From the NCBI GenBank assembly GCA_016186705.1, contig JACPLB010000002.1:20811-84810 (forward strand): a stretch of 64,000 bases of DNA, given 5' to 3'. Below the pieces are notes generated by a model, which saw only the letters and a list, made by a program, of their open reading frames with translations, was not told the DNA's origin and made no database searches. Every line of letters starts with the position of its first letter. Positions within the stretch are counted from its first letter, which is position 1. Made by a program: the position numbers and the translations under genes. Shown here one piece after another: positions 28,842 through 37,962 of the stretch. The DNA is from Candidatus Kaiserbacteria bacterium. Its GTDB lineage: Bacteria > Patescibacteriota > Minisyncoccia > Phycocordibacterales > JABMNX01.

Positions 28842-29564
28842 ATGAAAAAGATTTCACATCCGATTCGCATCAATCAATATTTGCATCTCAAAGGATATTG
28901 TTCGCGAAGACAGGCGGACAGACTTATTGAAGAGGGGGCGGTAATGATAAACGGAGCGACTGCAAAGCTCGGCGCGAAAATTTTTGAAAATGATGTTGTC
29001 AAAGTTTCAAAAAGAAATTCCGCTATACTGAACATGTACGCATATTTTGCATACCACAAACCACGTGGAGTTATTTCACACAGTCCACAGATGAAAGAAG
29101 TGAGTGTGCGAGAAGCGGCAAAACTGCGGAAAGATTTTTCTCCCGTGGGACGTCTTGATAAAGCGTCGAGTGGTCTCATGCTTCTCACGAACGACGGACG
29201 GATTGTCGAGCCGCTTTTAAATCCCCGGTACGGACATGAAAGAGAGTATGTCGTGAAAGTTGACAAGAAAATAAAAAATATGTTCCTGAAAAAAATGCGG
29301 GGAGGTGTGCAGATAGAGGGGTATGTGACAAAACCGGCTGCTGTTGAGAGAATTGACGACCTTTCCTTTCGTATAACCCTCACCGAAGGAAAGAAACACC
29401 AGATACGCAGAATGGCGGCGGCGCTCGGCTATCAGGTACGAGAGCTTACGCGTACGCGCATCATGCACATCAAGCTCGGTGGCTTAAAAAAGGGCGAAGC
29501 ACGTGAACTGACGCAAAAAGAGAGAAGGGAACTGCTTAAAGTCCTTGCTATTCAAGAGGCTTGA
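28842..29564 (+). CDS. RsuA/RluB-family pseudouridine synthase with S4 domain
   Basis: S4 domain IRINQYL...RRQADRLI and catalytic [16 protein letters not shown]. Confidence 0.85.
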   Translation: MKKISHPIRINQYLHLKGYCSRRQADRLIEEGAVMINGATAKLGAKIFENDVVKVSKRNSAILNMYAYFAYHKPRGVISHSPQMKEVSVREAAKLRKDFSPVGRLDKASSGLMLLTNDGRIVEPLLNPRYGHEREYVVKVDKKIKNMFLKKMRGGVQIEGYVTKPAAVERIDDLSFRITLTEGKKHQIRRMAAALGYQVRELTRTRIMHIKLGGLKKGEARELTQKERRELLKVLAIQEA

Positions 29565-29982
29565 AATCAAGCGAGCAAGAGTTGACGCAGTATCGCTTTC
29601 CTCCCTCTTCTTTCGGGCCGTCATCAAAGACGTGACCCAGGTGTCCTCCGCATTTTTTGCAAACAACCTCGGTACGAGACATACCATGGCTCGTATCTTC
29701 TCTTGTTTCTATCGCTTCAGCAACTTCGGGCTCCGTGAACGACGGCCAGCCAGTCCCTGAATCAAATTTCGTCTTTGACGAGAAAAGTTTTGCTCCACAC
29801 GCCGCACAGTAATACATGCCGTCATCCTTGTGATTCCAATATGCTCCGGTAAATGCAGGTTCAGTCCCCTTCTCACGCAGTACATTAAACTGCTGCGGGG
29901 TGAGTTCCTTTTCCCATTCCTCCTCCGATTTGTTTTTGAAATCTTTCATAACTTTATTATATAACTTTTGCGGGTTACTCAA
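29548..29982 (-). CDS. msrB: Peptide methionine-R-sulfoxide reductase MsrB
   Basis: CxxC...CxxC zinc site, GWPSF and RYCVNS motifs. Confidence 0.9.
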   Translation of the reverse strand: MSNPQKLYNKVMKDFKNKSEEEWEKELTPQQFNVLREKGTEPAFTGAYWNHKDDGMYYCAACGAKLFSSKTKFDSGTGWPSFTEPEVAEAIETREDTSHGMSRTEVVCKKCGGHLGHVFDDGPKEEGGKRYCVNSCSLDFKPLE

Positions 29983-30075
29983 GGTTCAAACTTTTAAAAT
30001 GAGACCATGTAAGTGTTCTTTGACGGATTTTTGAGCGGTTAATTGGAGTCTCTGGGTCTGCTCATAGTATAGAAA

Positions 30076-30104
30076 ATGCCGCCCCGAGTGACACGGGGCG
30101 GCGA
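30076..30104 (-). terminator. Intrinsic terminator
   Basis: GCCGCCCCG-loop-CGGGGCGGC followed by a U-tract on the minus strand. Confidence 0.55.
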
Positions 30105-30124
30105 AGCGCGAGAAGAGTTGCAAT

Positions 30125-30562
30125 TTAGCAGGTGGTTGTTATGGACTTGGCACTGAACTGGCGGGATAGTAGAACGATTCCACCAATCGTAGTGCCAATG
30201 CCCAGCGGCAATGCTGTGGCAAGGACCGGGAGAAATTTCATACCCTGTTCCTCCCATTCGTCTCTGGCACAGAGAACCGCAACCACAGCGAATGCGAACC
30301 CGATGAGGACCGGGGCAAGCCCCGCGGCCAGAATTTCCAGGGTGATGATTCTGCCGACTCGGAGCCAGCGTGCGGACAAGGCGTCATTGTAGACTTTGTC
30401 CATGATCATATTGATTGGCATGCTGGCAACTCCTGCCCCTGTCGTAACGATCATTGTGACAGACAGAGATGTCTCGATGCTGCCGCCCAAGACGTACACT
30501 GCGGTACCGAGGCACAATTGCGCCACGAAAACCACGGTTGAACATATCCAGAGTTTGATCAT
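30125..30562 (-). CDS. Hypothetical 4-TM membrane protein
   Basis: Hydrophobic ORF with a terminator downstream. Confidence 0.45.
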   Translation of the reverse strand: MIKLWICSTVVFVAQLCLGTAVYVLGGSIETSLSVTMIVTTGAGVASMPINMIMDKVYNDALSARWLRVGRIITLEILAAGLAPVLIGFAFAVVAVLCARDEWEEQGMKFLPVLATALPLGIGTTIGGIVLLSRQFSAKSITTTC

Positions 30563-30700
30563 TTCCACCTCCTGCGGAAAAGCGTTACACCTGTAGTAAT
30601 GTTAACATAGAACTTAGAGAAAGTCAAGGTTTCGGCTAATCTTCCGAGGTCGCACCATCGCCCTCGGTTTCAAGGTTGGTCCGATACAAAAAACTTCGTG

Positions 30701-30785
30701 CGGAGGCGGTGAGATTCGAACTCACGATACCTTTCGGTATGCCGCCTTTCCAAGGCGGTGGAATAAACCACTATCCGACGCCTCC
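30701..30785 (-). tRNA. tRNA-Ser(GGA)
   Basis: Reverse complement is GGAGGCGTCGGATAGTGGTTTATTCCACCGCCTTGGAAAGGCGG...GAGTTCGAATCTCACCGCCTCCG, with a long variable arm. Confidence 0.8.
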
Positions 30786-30864
30786 ATAGAGCATAGTTAT
30801 AACATAAAATATAAAAAGAGAACGGCTCGCCCAAAAGGAGGGCGAGCCGCGAACCGTATTTTGA

Positions 30865-31542
30865 TTAGTCCCTTCGACGATCACCGCCACTCGTAAAGCG
30901 ACGTTGTTCTCCGAAGCCCCGTAAAGCAAGGATAGAGCAATTCCGACCGTCTCCTTTTGCTTTGTACAGAGCTCTGTCCGCGTATTCACGGAGCGACTTG
31001 AGATTGAATCCGAAATCGTCAACGAGGGCGATGCCGACGCTGACTGTGACGGAAATGATGTTCCTATCGGTGTCGTCCCCGACATAGATCGGTTTATTCT
31101 CGACTGCTTCGCGGATGCGTTCGGCCGTTACTTGCGCCGTCTTCTTACCGATACGGGGAAGAAATACGACAAATTCCTCGCCGCCGTACCGAGCAAAGAG
31201 ATCGCCGACGCGGAGCGACGAGCGCAACACTTGCGCGAACGAATGAAGTACCTTGTCGCCGGCGTCGTGCCCATACGTATCATTGACCTTTTTAAAGAGG
31301 TCGATGTCGATCATGAGAAACGCGCCGTGCTCTTCACCCTCGTTTTTTGTTTTCTCCCTGAAAGCACGGAGCAGATGTTCTTGCACCTGTCCTTCAAAGA
31401 ACCGACGGTTTGAAATTCCCGTTAGCTCATCAATGGTTGCCAGCTTTCGTATCCTAAGCGCGAAGGCGAGCAACTCTTCACGGGAAAATTTCTGAAGTTC
31501 CCTCTCGGTTACTTCTCTGACGTCCAAAGTGTGCTGTGGCAT
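30865..31542 (-). CDS. GGDEF-domain diguanylate cyclase
   Basis: RYGGEEF active-site motif plus an upstream ...DELTGISNRR. Confidence 0.85.
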   Translation of the reverse strand: MPQHTLDVREVTERELQKFSREELLAFALRIRKLATIDELTGISNRRFFEGQVQEHLLRAFREKTKNEGEEHGAFLMIDIDLFKKVNDTYGHDAGDKVLHSFAQVLRSSLRVGDLFARYGGEEFVVFLPRIGKKTAQVTAERIREAVENKPIYVGDDTDRNIISVTVSVGIALVDDFGFNLKSLREYADRALYKAKGDGRNCSILALRGFGEQRRFTSGGDRRRD

Positions 31543-31597
31543 GGCGTTTTTTCCTTTCCTGCCATTGAATTTATCTATTATTGGTTATACTATAAAA

Positions 31598-31646
31598 ATA
31601 TCGGGGTGTCAACAAACACAAAGGCGGTCGCGTACGCGACCGCCTT
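31598..31646 (-). terminator. Intrinsic terminator
   Basis: AAGGCGGTCGCGTACGCGACCGCCTT palindrome followed by UUUGUGUUUGUU on the minus strand. Confidence 0.65.
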
Positions 31647-31664
31647 ATTCTTCGAGACATACCT

Positions 31665-31937
31665 TTAAAAAAGGCCTCCTTTGTGTTTTCGGTTCCTTGA
31701 TGGAGTGCCGTAACCTAGTTCTCCGCCGGAATGCGCGGGACAACAAAGCATGTCCCCTTTCATAACCTGCGCAGATTGGTTGCCTCGAGATTTTTCGCGG
31801 GCACGAGTGAGTTTGTCCGGCGATATATCACGCCCGATGCCCCGCTTAGAACCCCCGTTTACTTTACGAATAAATCCGCCCTTGCGGTTGACGACTTCGG
31901 TCATTAGTTTCCCCCGTTTACCTTGAGTGAAGGACAA
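31665..31937 (-). CDS. Small basic hypothetical protein (80-90 aa)
   Basis: ORF with a terminator immediately downstream. No family recognised. It may start at MTEVV (31904). Confidence 0.35.
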   Translation of the reverse strand: MSFTQGKRGKLMTEVVNRKGGFIRKVNGGSKRGIGRDISPDKLTRAREKSRGNQSAQVMKGDMLCCPAHSGGELGYGTPSRNRKHKGGLF

Positions 31938-31994
31938 AAAAACAGAAACCTAAAGTATATCATACCACCTTTAGTAGCGTATGTCAATTAGTTA

Positions 31995-32885
31995 TTACTG
32001 CTGACGCAATGCGGCTACTCTCTCCTCTGTTGGCGGATGTGTCATGAAAAGCTTGTTGAGAAACTTTCCTTTTGTCGCGCTCCCGAACGGGTTTGAAATA
32101 AAGAGGTGCGCCGTTGCGTGGTTCGCCCGTTTCATCGGAGCGGCGTACCTGCTGATTTTCTCAAGCGCGGATGCGAGCCCTTCGGGATAACGCGTCAGGA
32201 GCGCGCCTGACGCGTCCGCGAGAAACTCGCGCTTCCGCGATATCGCAAGCTGAATGAGTTTTGCGATAATCGGAGAGAGAATCGCAAGCGCAAATCCGGC
32301 AACGATGAGGATAATACCGACGCGGCTGTCGCGGTCTCTGTGTCCGCCATACAGGGACATTCGGAGAAAGAAGTCCGAGAGAAGTGTAATGAAGCCGAGA
32401 AGCACAACGACAACGGTCATCACAAGCATGTCGCGGTTGCCGATATGAGAGAGCTCGTGCGCGATGACTCCTTCAAGCTCGTTTCGCTCAAGCATTGAGA
32501 GAAGCCCTGTCGTTACGGCGACGACCGCGTGTTCCGGGTCGCGTCCGGTTGCAAACGCGTTCGGCGCGCTATCCTCTATGATGTAGAGCTTCGGCATCGG
32601 GAGCCCCGCTGTAATAGAAAGATTTTCAAGAATGTTCCACAGTTCCCGGTGCGAGTCGCGAGAAACAGGTTTTGCCCCCGACATTTTAAGCACGAGTTTG
32701 TCCGAGTACCAGTACGCGCCGACATTCATGAGAACACTTATGATGACTGCGACCCAAAGGATAACGGGACTTTCAAGAATGTAGGAGAAGGACCACGCAA
32801 CGCCGACAATAACCAGGAAGAATGTGAGCATCAGAAACCACGTCTTTCGAATATTCTTATCTTTCTGTGTGTAGATTGTCGCCAT
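31995..32885 (-). CDS. htpX: Protease HtpX (M48 family)
   Basis: HELSHI zinc motif and 4 TM helices. Confidence 0.9.
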   Translation of the reverse strand: MATIYTQKDKNIRKTWFLMLTFFLVIVGVAWSFSYILESPVILWVAVIISVLMNVGAYWYSDKLVLKMSGAKPVSRDSHRELWNILENLSITAGLPMPKLYIIEDSAPNAFATGRDPEHAVVAVTTGLLSMLERNELEGVIAHELSHIGNRDMLVMTVVVVLLGFITLLSDFFLRMSLYGGHRDRDSRVGIILIVAGFALAILSPIIAKLIQLAISRKREFLADASGALLTRYPEGLASALEKISRYAAPMKRANHATAHLFISNPFGSATKGKFLNKLFMTHPPTEERVAALRQQ

Positions 32886-32894
32886 AGCGCAGAT

Positions 32895-33404
32895 TTATGA
32901 AAACAGCTCTATCGTTCTTTTAACTTCTTCTTTCACTCCGTCAATACAATTGTACTTTTGTACTTCGTCCGCATTCACCCACGCAAAATCGGTGAAGCTT
33001 CCTTTCTCCGGACGCACTTCGCCGCCTTTGTACTCCGCGGCAAACTTAACGAGGACTACCGGTACGCCGTCGGGCCGGACAAACGCGACACTGTTAAGAT
33101 AGAGAAGAACATCTTTAATCTCAATATTCGCCTCTTCTTTTGCTTCACGATGCAGTATGCCCTCAACCGCATCTTCAAAATCAAATATGTCTCCGTTCAT
33201 ACGCGTCGGTCGCTCAAGCGGTAAGTTATTCCACTCGAGTTTTCCTCCGATGACTCCCCACTTGCCGGGATGCGCGATTTCGCGTAGGGCGCGCTTCAGG
33301 ATAAGGCATCGTGCATCGTCCGTGCGGAGCACAACGACGTTTGCCACGAAGTAAAAGAGTTTGTTTTGTTTCGCCTTATCAAGAGAGATGCTGTGTGCCC
33401 GCAT
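32895..33404 (-). CDS. NUDIX hydrolase
   Basis: Nudix box GGKLEWNN...EGILHREAKEEANIEI is intact. Confidence 0.85.
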   Translation of the reverse strand: MRAHSISLDKAKQNKLFYFVANVVVLRTDDARCLILKRALREIAHPGKWGVIGGKLEWNNLPLERPTRMNGDIFDFEDAVEGILHREAKEEANIEIKDVLLYLNSVAFVRPDGVPVVLVKFAAEYKGGEVRPEKGSFTDFAWVNADEVQKYNCIDGVKEEVKRTIELFS

Positions 33405-33414
33405 GAAAAAGAGT

Positions 33415-33921
33415 TTACGAGAAGAGCTTGATAGTCTTCAGTACATCCATGTCTATATCCTCAATGTGGTCGTATTTCTTTATCTCTTCTTCGTTCACCC
33501 ACGCAAAATCGGTAAACCCCGCTTTCGGTTTTACTTCGCCTCCCAGATATCGGGCCCCGAACCGCACCAAGACCGACGGAGTGCCATCCGGACGCACGAA
33601 AAAGACGCTCTCAAGATACTGCGGACGGCTTCCGACTTCAATCCCCGCTTTTTCTTTCACAATAACGGCAACCTGTTTTTCAAGCGGACGGTTGAAGTTA
33701 AGGATTCCATTACTCTTCATATCCGGCTTTGATAGATTGAAGTCATCCCACGCGAGTTTGCCTCCCGGAAGCGCCCACTTGCCGGGATACACATCGTCTT
33801 TCATGTCGCGCTTCAGAATGAGGCACCTCCGGTCGCTCTCCCGATAGACGACAATGGTAGTGACAAAGTAGAAAAGCTTGTCCTTCTCGGCGTTATCAAG
33901 ACTAATCCGCTTCCTCGCCAT
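33415..33921 (-). CDS. NUDIX-fold paralog with degenerate Nudix box
   Basis: About 45% identical to the neighbouring gene. The REAKEE catalytic box is replaced by KEKAGIEV. Confidence 0.7.
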   Translation of the reverse strand: MARKRISLDNAEKDKLFYFVTTIVVYRESDRRCLILKRDMKDDVYPGKWALPGGKLAWDDFNLSKPDMKSNGILNFNRPLEKQVAVIVKEKAGIEVGSRPQYLESVFFVRPDGTPSVLVRFGARYLGGEVKPKAGFTDFAWVNEEEIKKYDHIEDIDMDVLKTIKLFS

Positions 33922-33925
33922 GGGG

Positions 33926-34486
33926 CTAGAACGTTACCTTAACAGGTTCTTTCGCGGCATTCTCGCCTTCTCCCAGTTCGAAGAACTCCTGTTTGCCGAA
34001 GTGAAATGTATTTCCGATGATATTCTGGGGAAACGATTCCAGAGCGGTGTTGAGGTCCCGCACATTGCCGTTGTAAAAGCGCCGCGCTGCCTGAATTTTG
34101 TTTTCGGTGTCGGAGAGTTCCCGTTGAAGCTCAAGAAAGTTCGCGTTTGCCTTAAGGTCGGGGTAACTCTCCGCAACCGCGAAGAGCGACTTGAGCGCGT
34201 CTGTAAGCATGTTCTCCGCCCGCCCTTTTTCGTTAAGCCCGCCCGCCTGCATTGCCTTTGCCCGCATCTCGGTCACTTGCGCAAGTGTCTTCTTTTCATG
34301 AGCCGCGTATCCCTGTACGGTATTCACCAAATTCGGAATGAGGTCGTAACGGCGTTTCAGCTGAACGTCAATGTCCGCCCACGCCTCCTTCGCGCGGTTC
34401 ATAAACGTTACAAACCGATTGTAGGCAAAAATCGCCCACAGTACGATAACCACGATAATTCCTAAGACAATATAGAGGGTAGTCAT
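33926..34486 (-). CDS. lemA: LemA family protein
   Basis: N-terminal TM helix plus the LemA signature ...RRYDLIPNLVNTV. Confidence 0.85.
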   Translation of the reverse strand: MTTLYIVLGIIVVIVLWAIFAYNRFVTFMNRAKEAWADIDVQLKRRYDLIPNLVNTVQGYAAHEKKTLAQVTEMRAKAMQAGGLNEKGRAENMLTDALKSLFAVAESYPDLKANANFLELQRELSDTENKIQAARRFYNGNVRDLNTALESFPQNIIGNTFHFGKQEFFELGEGENAAKEPVKVTF

Positions 34487-34772
34487 AATGTAGCTTTTAG
34501 GTGTTAGCTTTTAGGGTTAAAATTTACCAAGCAATTATACAACAATCGGGCAAAATAAAAAAGCTTTGTTTAATAGATGACCGATAAAAACGAGTGTGTC
34601 TCTTTTTGAAAGCTATCGGAGGCGGCAGAGCTTGGTTTCATTCTTTCCTTTTTAGCGAGAGAAAACAGGTTTCTGGAACATTCACAGGAAAATTGTGTAT
34701 ATTTCTTTTTCTATTCAAGCGAGTCTTCTGCTTGAGGAAGACTTTCCGCCGGAGGGGCGGATAAACTCCACC

Positions 34773-34829
34773 TGAGCGGGCATGGCATCCAAGGACTTCC
34801 AGTATATTGGAAGTCCTTGGATGAGCGAG
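34773..34829. repeat. Conserved ~57-nt hairpin RNA motif, copy 2
   Basis: TGAGCGGGCATGG + CATCCAAGGACTTCCAGTATATTGGAAGTCCTTGGATG + AGCGAG. Confidence 0.6.
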
Positions 34830-34834
34830 GTGCC

Positions 34835-34863
34835 TTGACAAAAGTTATAATATGGTATATAAT
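34835..34863 (+). promoter_or_regulatory. Consensus sigma70 promoter: TTGACA, 17-nt spacer, TATAAT
   Basis: CTTGACAAAAGTT...TATAAT. It is paralogous to the promoter at 283-311. Confidence 0.6.
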
Positions 34864-34916
34864 TAACAACAGGATTCAGATGATGTCATCTGGAATGGTT
34901 CAGAGGAAGTTTCACC

Positions 34917-35171
34917 ATGACTACATCGCAAACGCAAACCCAAATCAACGTGAGGACACTCTTCTTTGCGTGTGCCTTCGCTGGGCTCTTCGTTGTTTCG
35001 GCCTTGATCCCGGTTTTCTCAAGTCCGATCTTCAGCTACCTGGTCCTGGCACTCGATATGAACGTCCTGCTCGCGTACCTCCTGTCGAACTTCATCGTTG
35101 CCACGATCGCCTTCGTCGCCTTTCTCTTCTACATGCGGAAGATGACGCAACGAAAGCCGACCGGGGGCTAA
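34917..35171 (+). CDS. Small membrane protein, 84 aa, 2 TM helices
   Basis: Consensus promoter, a palindromic 5'UTR hairpin CAGATGATGTCATCTG, and a GAGGAAG Shine-Dalgarno precede the ORF. A strong terminator follows. Confidence 0.5.
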   Translation: MTTSQTQTQINVRTLFFACAFAGLFVVSALIPVFSSPIFSYLVLALDMNVLLAYLLSNFIVATIAFVAFLFYMRKMTQRKPTGG

Positions 35172-35185
35172 CAAGGTCCGACGCA

Positions 35186-35222
35186 CCCCGCCACTCTCTC
35201 TTTTGAGTGGCGGGGTTTAAGT
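35186..35222 (+). terminator. Rho-independent terminator
   Basis: CCCCGCCACTC-loop-GAGTGGCGGGG followed by TTTAAGTTTT. Confidence 0.7.
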
Positions 35223-35335
35223 TTTATCTACACGAATACTCAAGTGCTTTTATGCCTGAGAGCGTCCCGTCGAGGAGAAACTGAAGCATCGCGCCGCCGC
35301 GCTTTTCTTTTTAATTTTTCCACTTAAGCGAGCAA

Positions 35336-35454
35336 ATATAAGTTTATAGAACATTCGCAGGAAAATTTGCATGGTTCTGCGCAAGCAGAAAATTTTCCGA
35401 GGACGAAGAAAATCACTCGCTGGAGTGATTTTCTGATTCTATAAACTTATATTT
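35336..35454. repeat. 18-bp perfect inverted repeat pair flanking ~85 bp, downstream of groEL
   Basis: AAATATAAGTTTATAGAA ... TTCTATAAACTTATATTT. Internal smaller palindromes are present. Confidence 0.5.
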
Positions 35455-35467
35455 CACGAGCGACCCA

Positions 35468-37129
35468 TTACATCATCCCCGGCATCCCGCCTCCCATGCC
35501 GCCCATTGGAGGCATGCCGCCGCCTTTCTCTTCCTCTGGCTCGTCCGCGATCGCGACCTCCGTTGTAAGGAGCATTGCCGCAGCTGACGACGCATTCTGG
35601 AGACAGCTTCGTGTTACCTTGACCGGGTCGAGAATTCCAGCAGAGAGCATGTCGTCAACAATCATGTCTTGTTTCGCGTCATACCCGCAGTTTACTTTTC
35701 CGCTCTTTACTTTCTCGACAATGACGGAGCCGTCTTCCTTACCGGCATTGATGACGATTTGCTTCAATGGCGTCTCAAGCGCGCGAAGCACTATCTCAAA
35801 GCCGACGGCTTCTTCCTGGCTCATGTTGCCTTTATTCTTTTCAAATTGGTTGCGTACTTTTTGCGCGACTTTCACGAGCGCCGTCCCGCCACCCGGAACA
35901 ACGCCTTCTTCTACCGCCGCTTTCGTCGCATTGACCGCGTCTTCAATCTTAAGCTTGAGATACTTCATTTCAGTTTCAGTCGCCGCTCCGACACGAATAA
36001 TCGCAACTCCGCCGGAGAGTTTCGCGATTCGCTCCTCTATTTTCTCCGCGTCAAATTTCGAGTCAATCCCCTCAAGCTGTTTTCGCAACTGCGCGACACG
36101 TGCTTCAATGTCCGCCTTTTTCCCTTTCCCTCCGACAATAACGGTTTTGTCCTTGTTTGAAACGACACGGCTTGCTTTGCCGAGCATACCAAGTTCAGCT
36201 TTTTCGAAAGTAAGTCCCCGTTCCTCTGAAATGACTTCTCCGCCGACAACCGTCGCGATATCTTCAAGCATCGCTTTCTTTCGGTCGCCATACCCCGGAG
36301 CTTTCACAGCCAAAACATTAAACGCTCCGCGAAGTTTATTAACGACAAACGTTGCGAGTGCTTCTCCATCCACGTCATCCGCGATAATTACCAAATCTTT
36401 TCTGCCCGTCTGCGCGAGTTTTTCAAGAAGCGGAAGAACTTCCTGCACCGACGAAATTTTCTTGTCGGTAATGAGAATTTGAATGTCCTTGTATTCTGCC
36501 TCCATTCTTTCAGAATTTGTGACCATGTACGCGGAAACGTAGCCGTTGTCGAACTCAAGACCCTCAACCACTTCCTTTTCAATGCCAAGCGACTGCGATT
36601 CCTCAACGGTTACGACACCGTCTTTGCCGACTGCATTAATGGTGTCCGCGATAATTCTTCCGATATCGTCCGACTCCGCGGAAATTGTGGCGACCTGTTT
36701 TATTTCTTCCTTTCCCTGGATCGGTTTTGCGATTTTATAGAGCGCCGCCACAGCTTCTTTCGTCGCCTGCTCAATGCCGGAGCGGATACCCATGGCATTT
36801 ACTCCCATCGTTGCCTGCTTGAAACCTTCGTTCGCGATTGCCTGCGCAATAACGACTGATGTTGTTGTTCCGTCACCGGCAATTTCATTTGTTTTGTGGG
36901 CAACCTCTTTGATAATCTCGGCGCCCATGTTTTCAATTTTGTCCTTGAGACTTATTTCTTTCGCGATAGACACGCCGTCATTTGTAATCATCGGCGCTCC
37001 GAACCCCTTGTCCACAACCACGTTGCGTCCCCGAGGGCCGAGCGTTATTTTGACCGCATCCGCGACCTGGTCAATGCCTCTTTTCAGAAGGCGGCGAGCT
37101 TGTTCATCAAAAATAATCTGTTTTGCCAT
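35468..37129 (-). CDS. groL: Chaperonin GroEL
   Basis: Full-length Cpn60 with the C-terminal GGM repeat. Confidence 0.97.
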   Translation of the reverse strand: MAKQIIFDEQARRLLKRGIDQVADAVKITLGPRGRNVVVDKGFGAPMITNDGVSIAKEISLKDKIENMGAEIIKEVAHKTNEIAGDGTTTSVVIAQAIANEGFKQATMGVNAMGIRSGIEQATKEAVAALYKIAKPIQGKEEIKQVATISAESDDIGRIIADTINAVGKDGVVTVEESQSLGIEKEVVEGLEFDNGYVSAYMVTNSERMEAEYKDIQILITDKKISSVQEVLPLLEKLAQTGRKDLVIIADDVDGEALATFVVNKLRGAFNVLAVKAPGYGDRKKAMLEDIATVVGGEVISEERGLTFEKAELGMLGKASRVVSNKDKTVIVGGKGKKADIEARVAQLRKQLEGIDSKFDAEKIEERIAKLSGGVAIIRVGAATETEMKYLKLKIEDAVNATKAAVEEGVVPGGGTALVKVAQKVRNQFEKNKGNMSQEEAVGFEIVLRALETPLKQIVINAGKEDGSVIVEKVKSGKVNCGYDAKQDMIVDDMLSAGILDPVKVTRSCLQNASSAAAMLLTTEVAIADEPEEEKGGGMPPMGGMGGGMPGMM

Positions 37130-37196
37130 ATTGTTTTAATTTTAAATCTTGTAGATTTGAGACATTCCCTAAAAGCTCAAAGCTAACACCTAAAAG

Positions 37197-37511
37197 CTAT
37201 TTTATTACTGCTAAAATATTCTCTTCTTTTACGATGTAATACTTTACTTCGTCAACCGTAATCTCGTCGTATCCGTATTTCGAAAAGACGACCCGGTCAT
37301 TGACTTTCACTCTTACCGGAATCACTTCTCCCTTTTCGGTCACCCGACCGAGACCGACGGCAATGACTTTCCCCTCCTCCGGCTTTTCCTGACTCACGGT
37401 ATCCGGAATAATAATTCCACTTTTTGTTTTCTGCTCACGGGGCGGAATTTCAATCAATACCCTGTCCCCTAACGGGGAAATTCTCGGTTTTTTTGCTGAA
37501 CCTTTTGGCAT
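37197..37511 (-). CDS. groS: Co-chaperonin GroES
   Basis: Cpn10, located upstream of groEL. Confidence 0.95.
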   Translation of the reverse strand: MPKGSAKKPRISPLGDRVLIEIPPREQKTKSGIIIPDTVSQEKPEEGKVIAVGLGRVTEKGEVIPVRVKVNDRVVFSKYGYDEITVDEVKYYIVKEENILAVIK

Positions 37512-37643
37512 ACTATAGTGCGTAACTTTTACTGCTAATGTAAAAAATCCAAGTCGCCAATCATTATACTGGCGAGCGTTCCGTTGTCAAATCCTTCGCG
37601 GAAACTTGCGCGCCATTATAACTACTGGTATACTGTCCCGTAA

Positions 37644-37877
37644 ATGGAAACACTTGATGCGATAATGCCCTACATTCAAATCGCACTCTCCATCTTACTT
37701 GTCCTCGCTATCGTCCTACAACAGACGGGTGCGGGACTTGGTGGCGCATTTGGCGGAGATAATTTCAGCAGCGGATTTCACACGCGGAGGGGATTTGAAA
37801 AGACTTTATTCAACATTACAATCGTCATTGCGATTCTTTTTGCAGCTTCGGCATTCTTTATTCTTGCTATCCGTTAA
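37644..37877 (+). CDS. secG: Preprotein translocase subunit SecG
   Basis: 2 TM helices and a central GAGLGGAFGG glycine-rich loop. Confidence 0.7.
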   Translation: METLDAIMPYIQIALSILLVLAIVLQQTGAGLGGAFGGDNFSSGFHTRRGFEKTLFNITIVIAILFAASAFFILAIR

Positions 37878-37962
37878 CAATTCTTCATTTACCATACAAA
37901 CGTGCATTAGGCGGCGAATTTTTCGAATACATATCATGCCGCATCTGTAAAGATTCTCCCTT

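Noticed and set aside
31665-31937. Tried to assign the small basic ORF to a ribosomal protein (bL27, bL28, bL31-36).
   Set aside because: No convincing alignment to any of them. Kept as hypothetical.
35496-36859. Several long + strand ORFs (328, 163, 126 aa) in the track.
   Set aside because: They are antisense to groEL, have low-complexity Ser/Ala/Pro-rich translations typical of the opposite strand of a GC-rich gene, and lack start signals.
37512-37643. Looked for a CIRCE/HrcA operator (TTAGCACTC-N9-GAGTGCTAA) upstream of groES.
   Set aside because: Only a half-site-like TTAGCAGTA is present and the right arm does not match. A plain TTGACA-16-TATAAT promoter is there instead.
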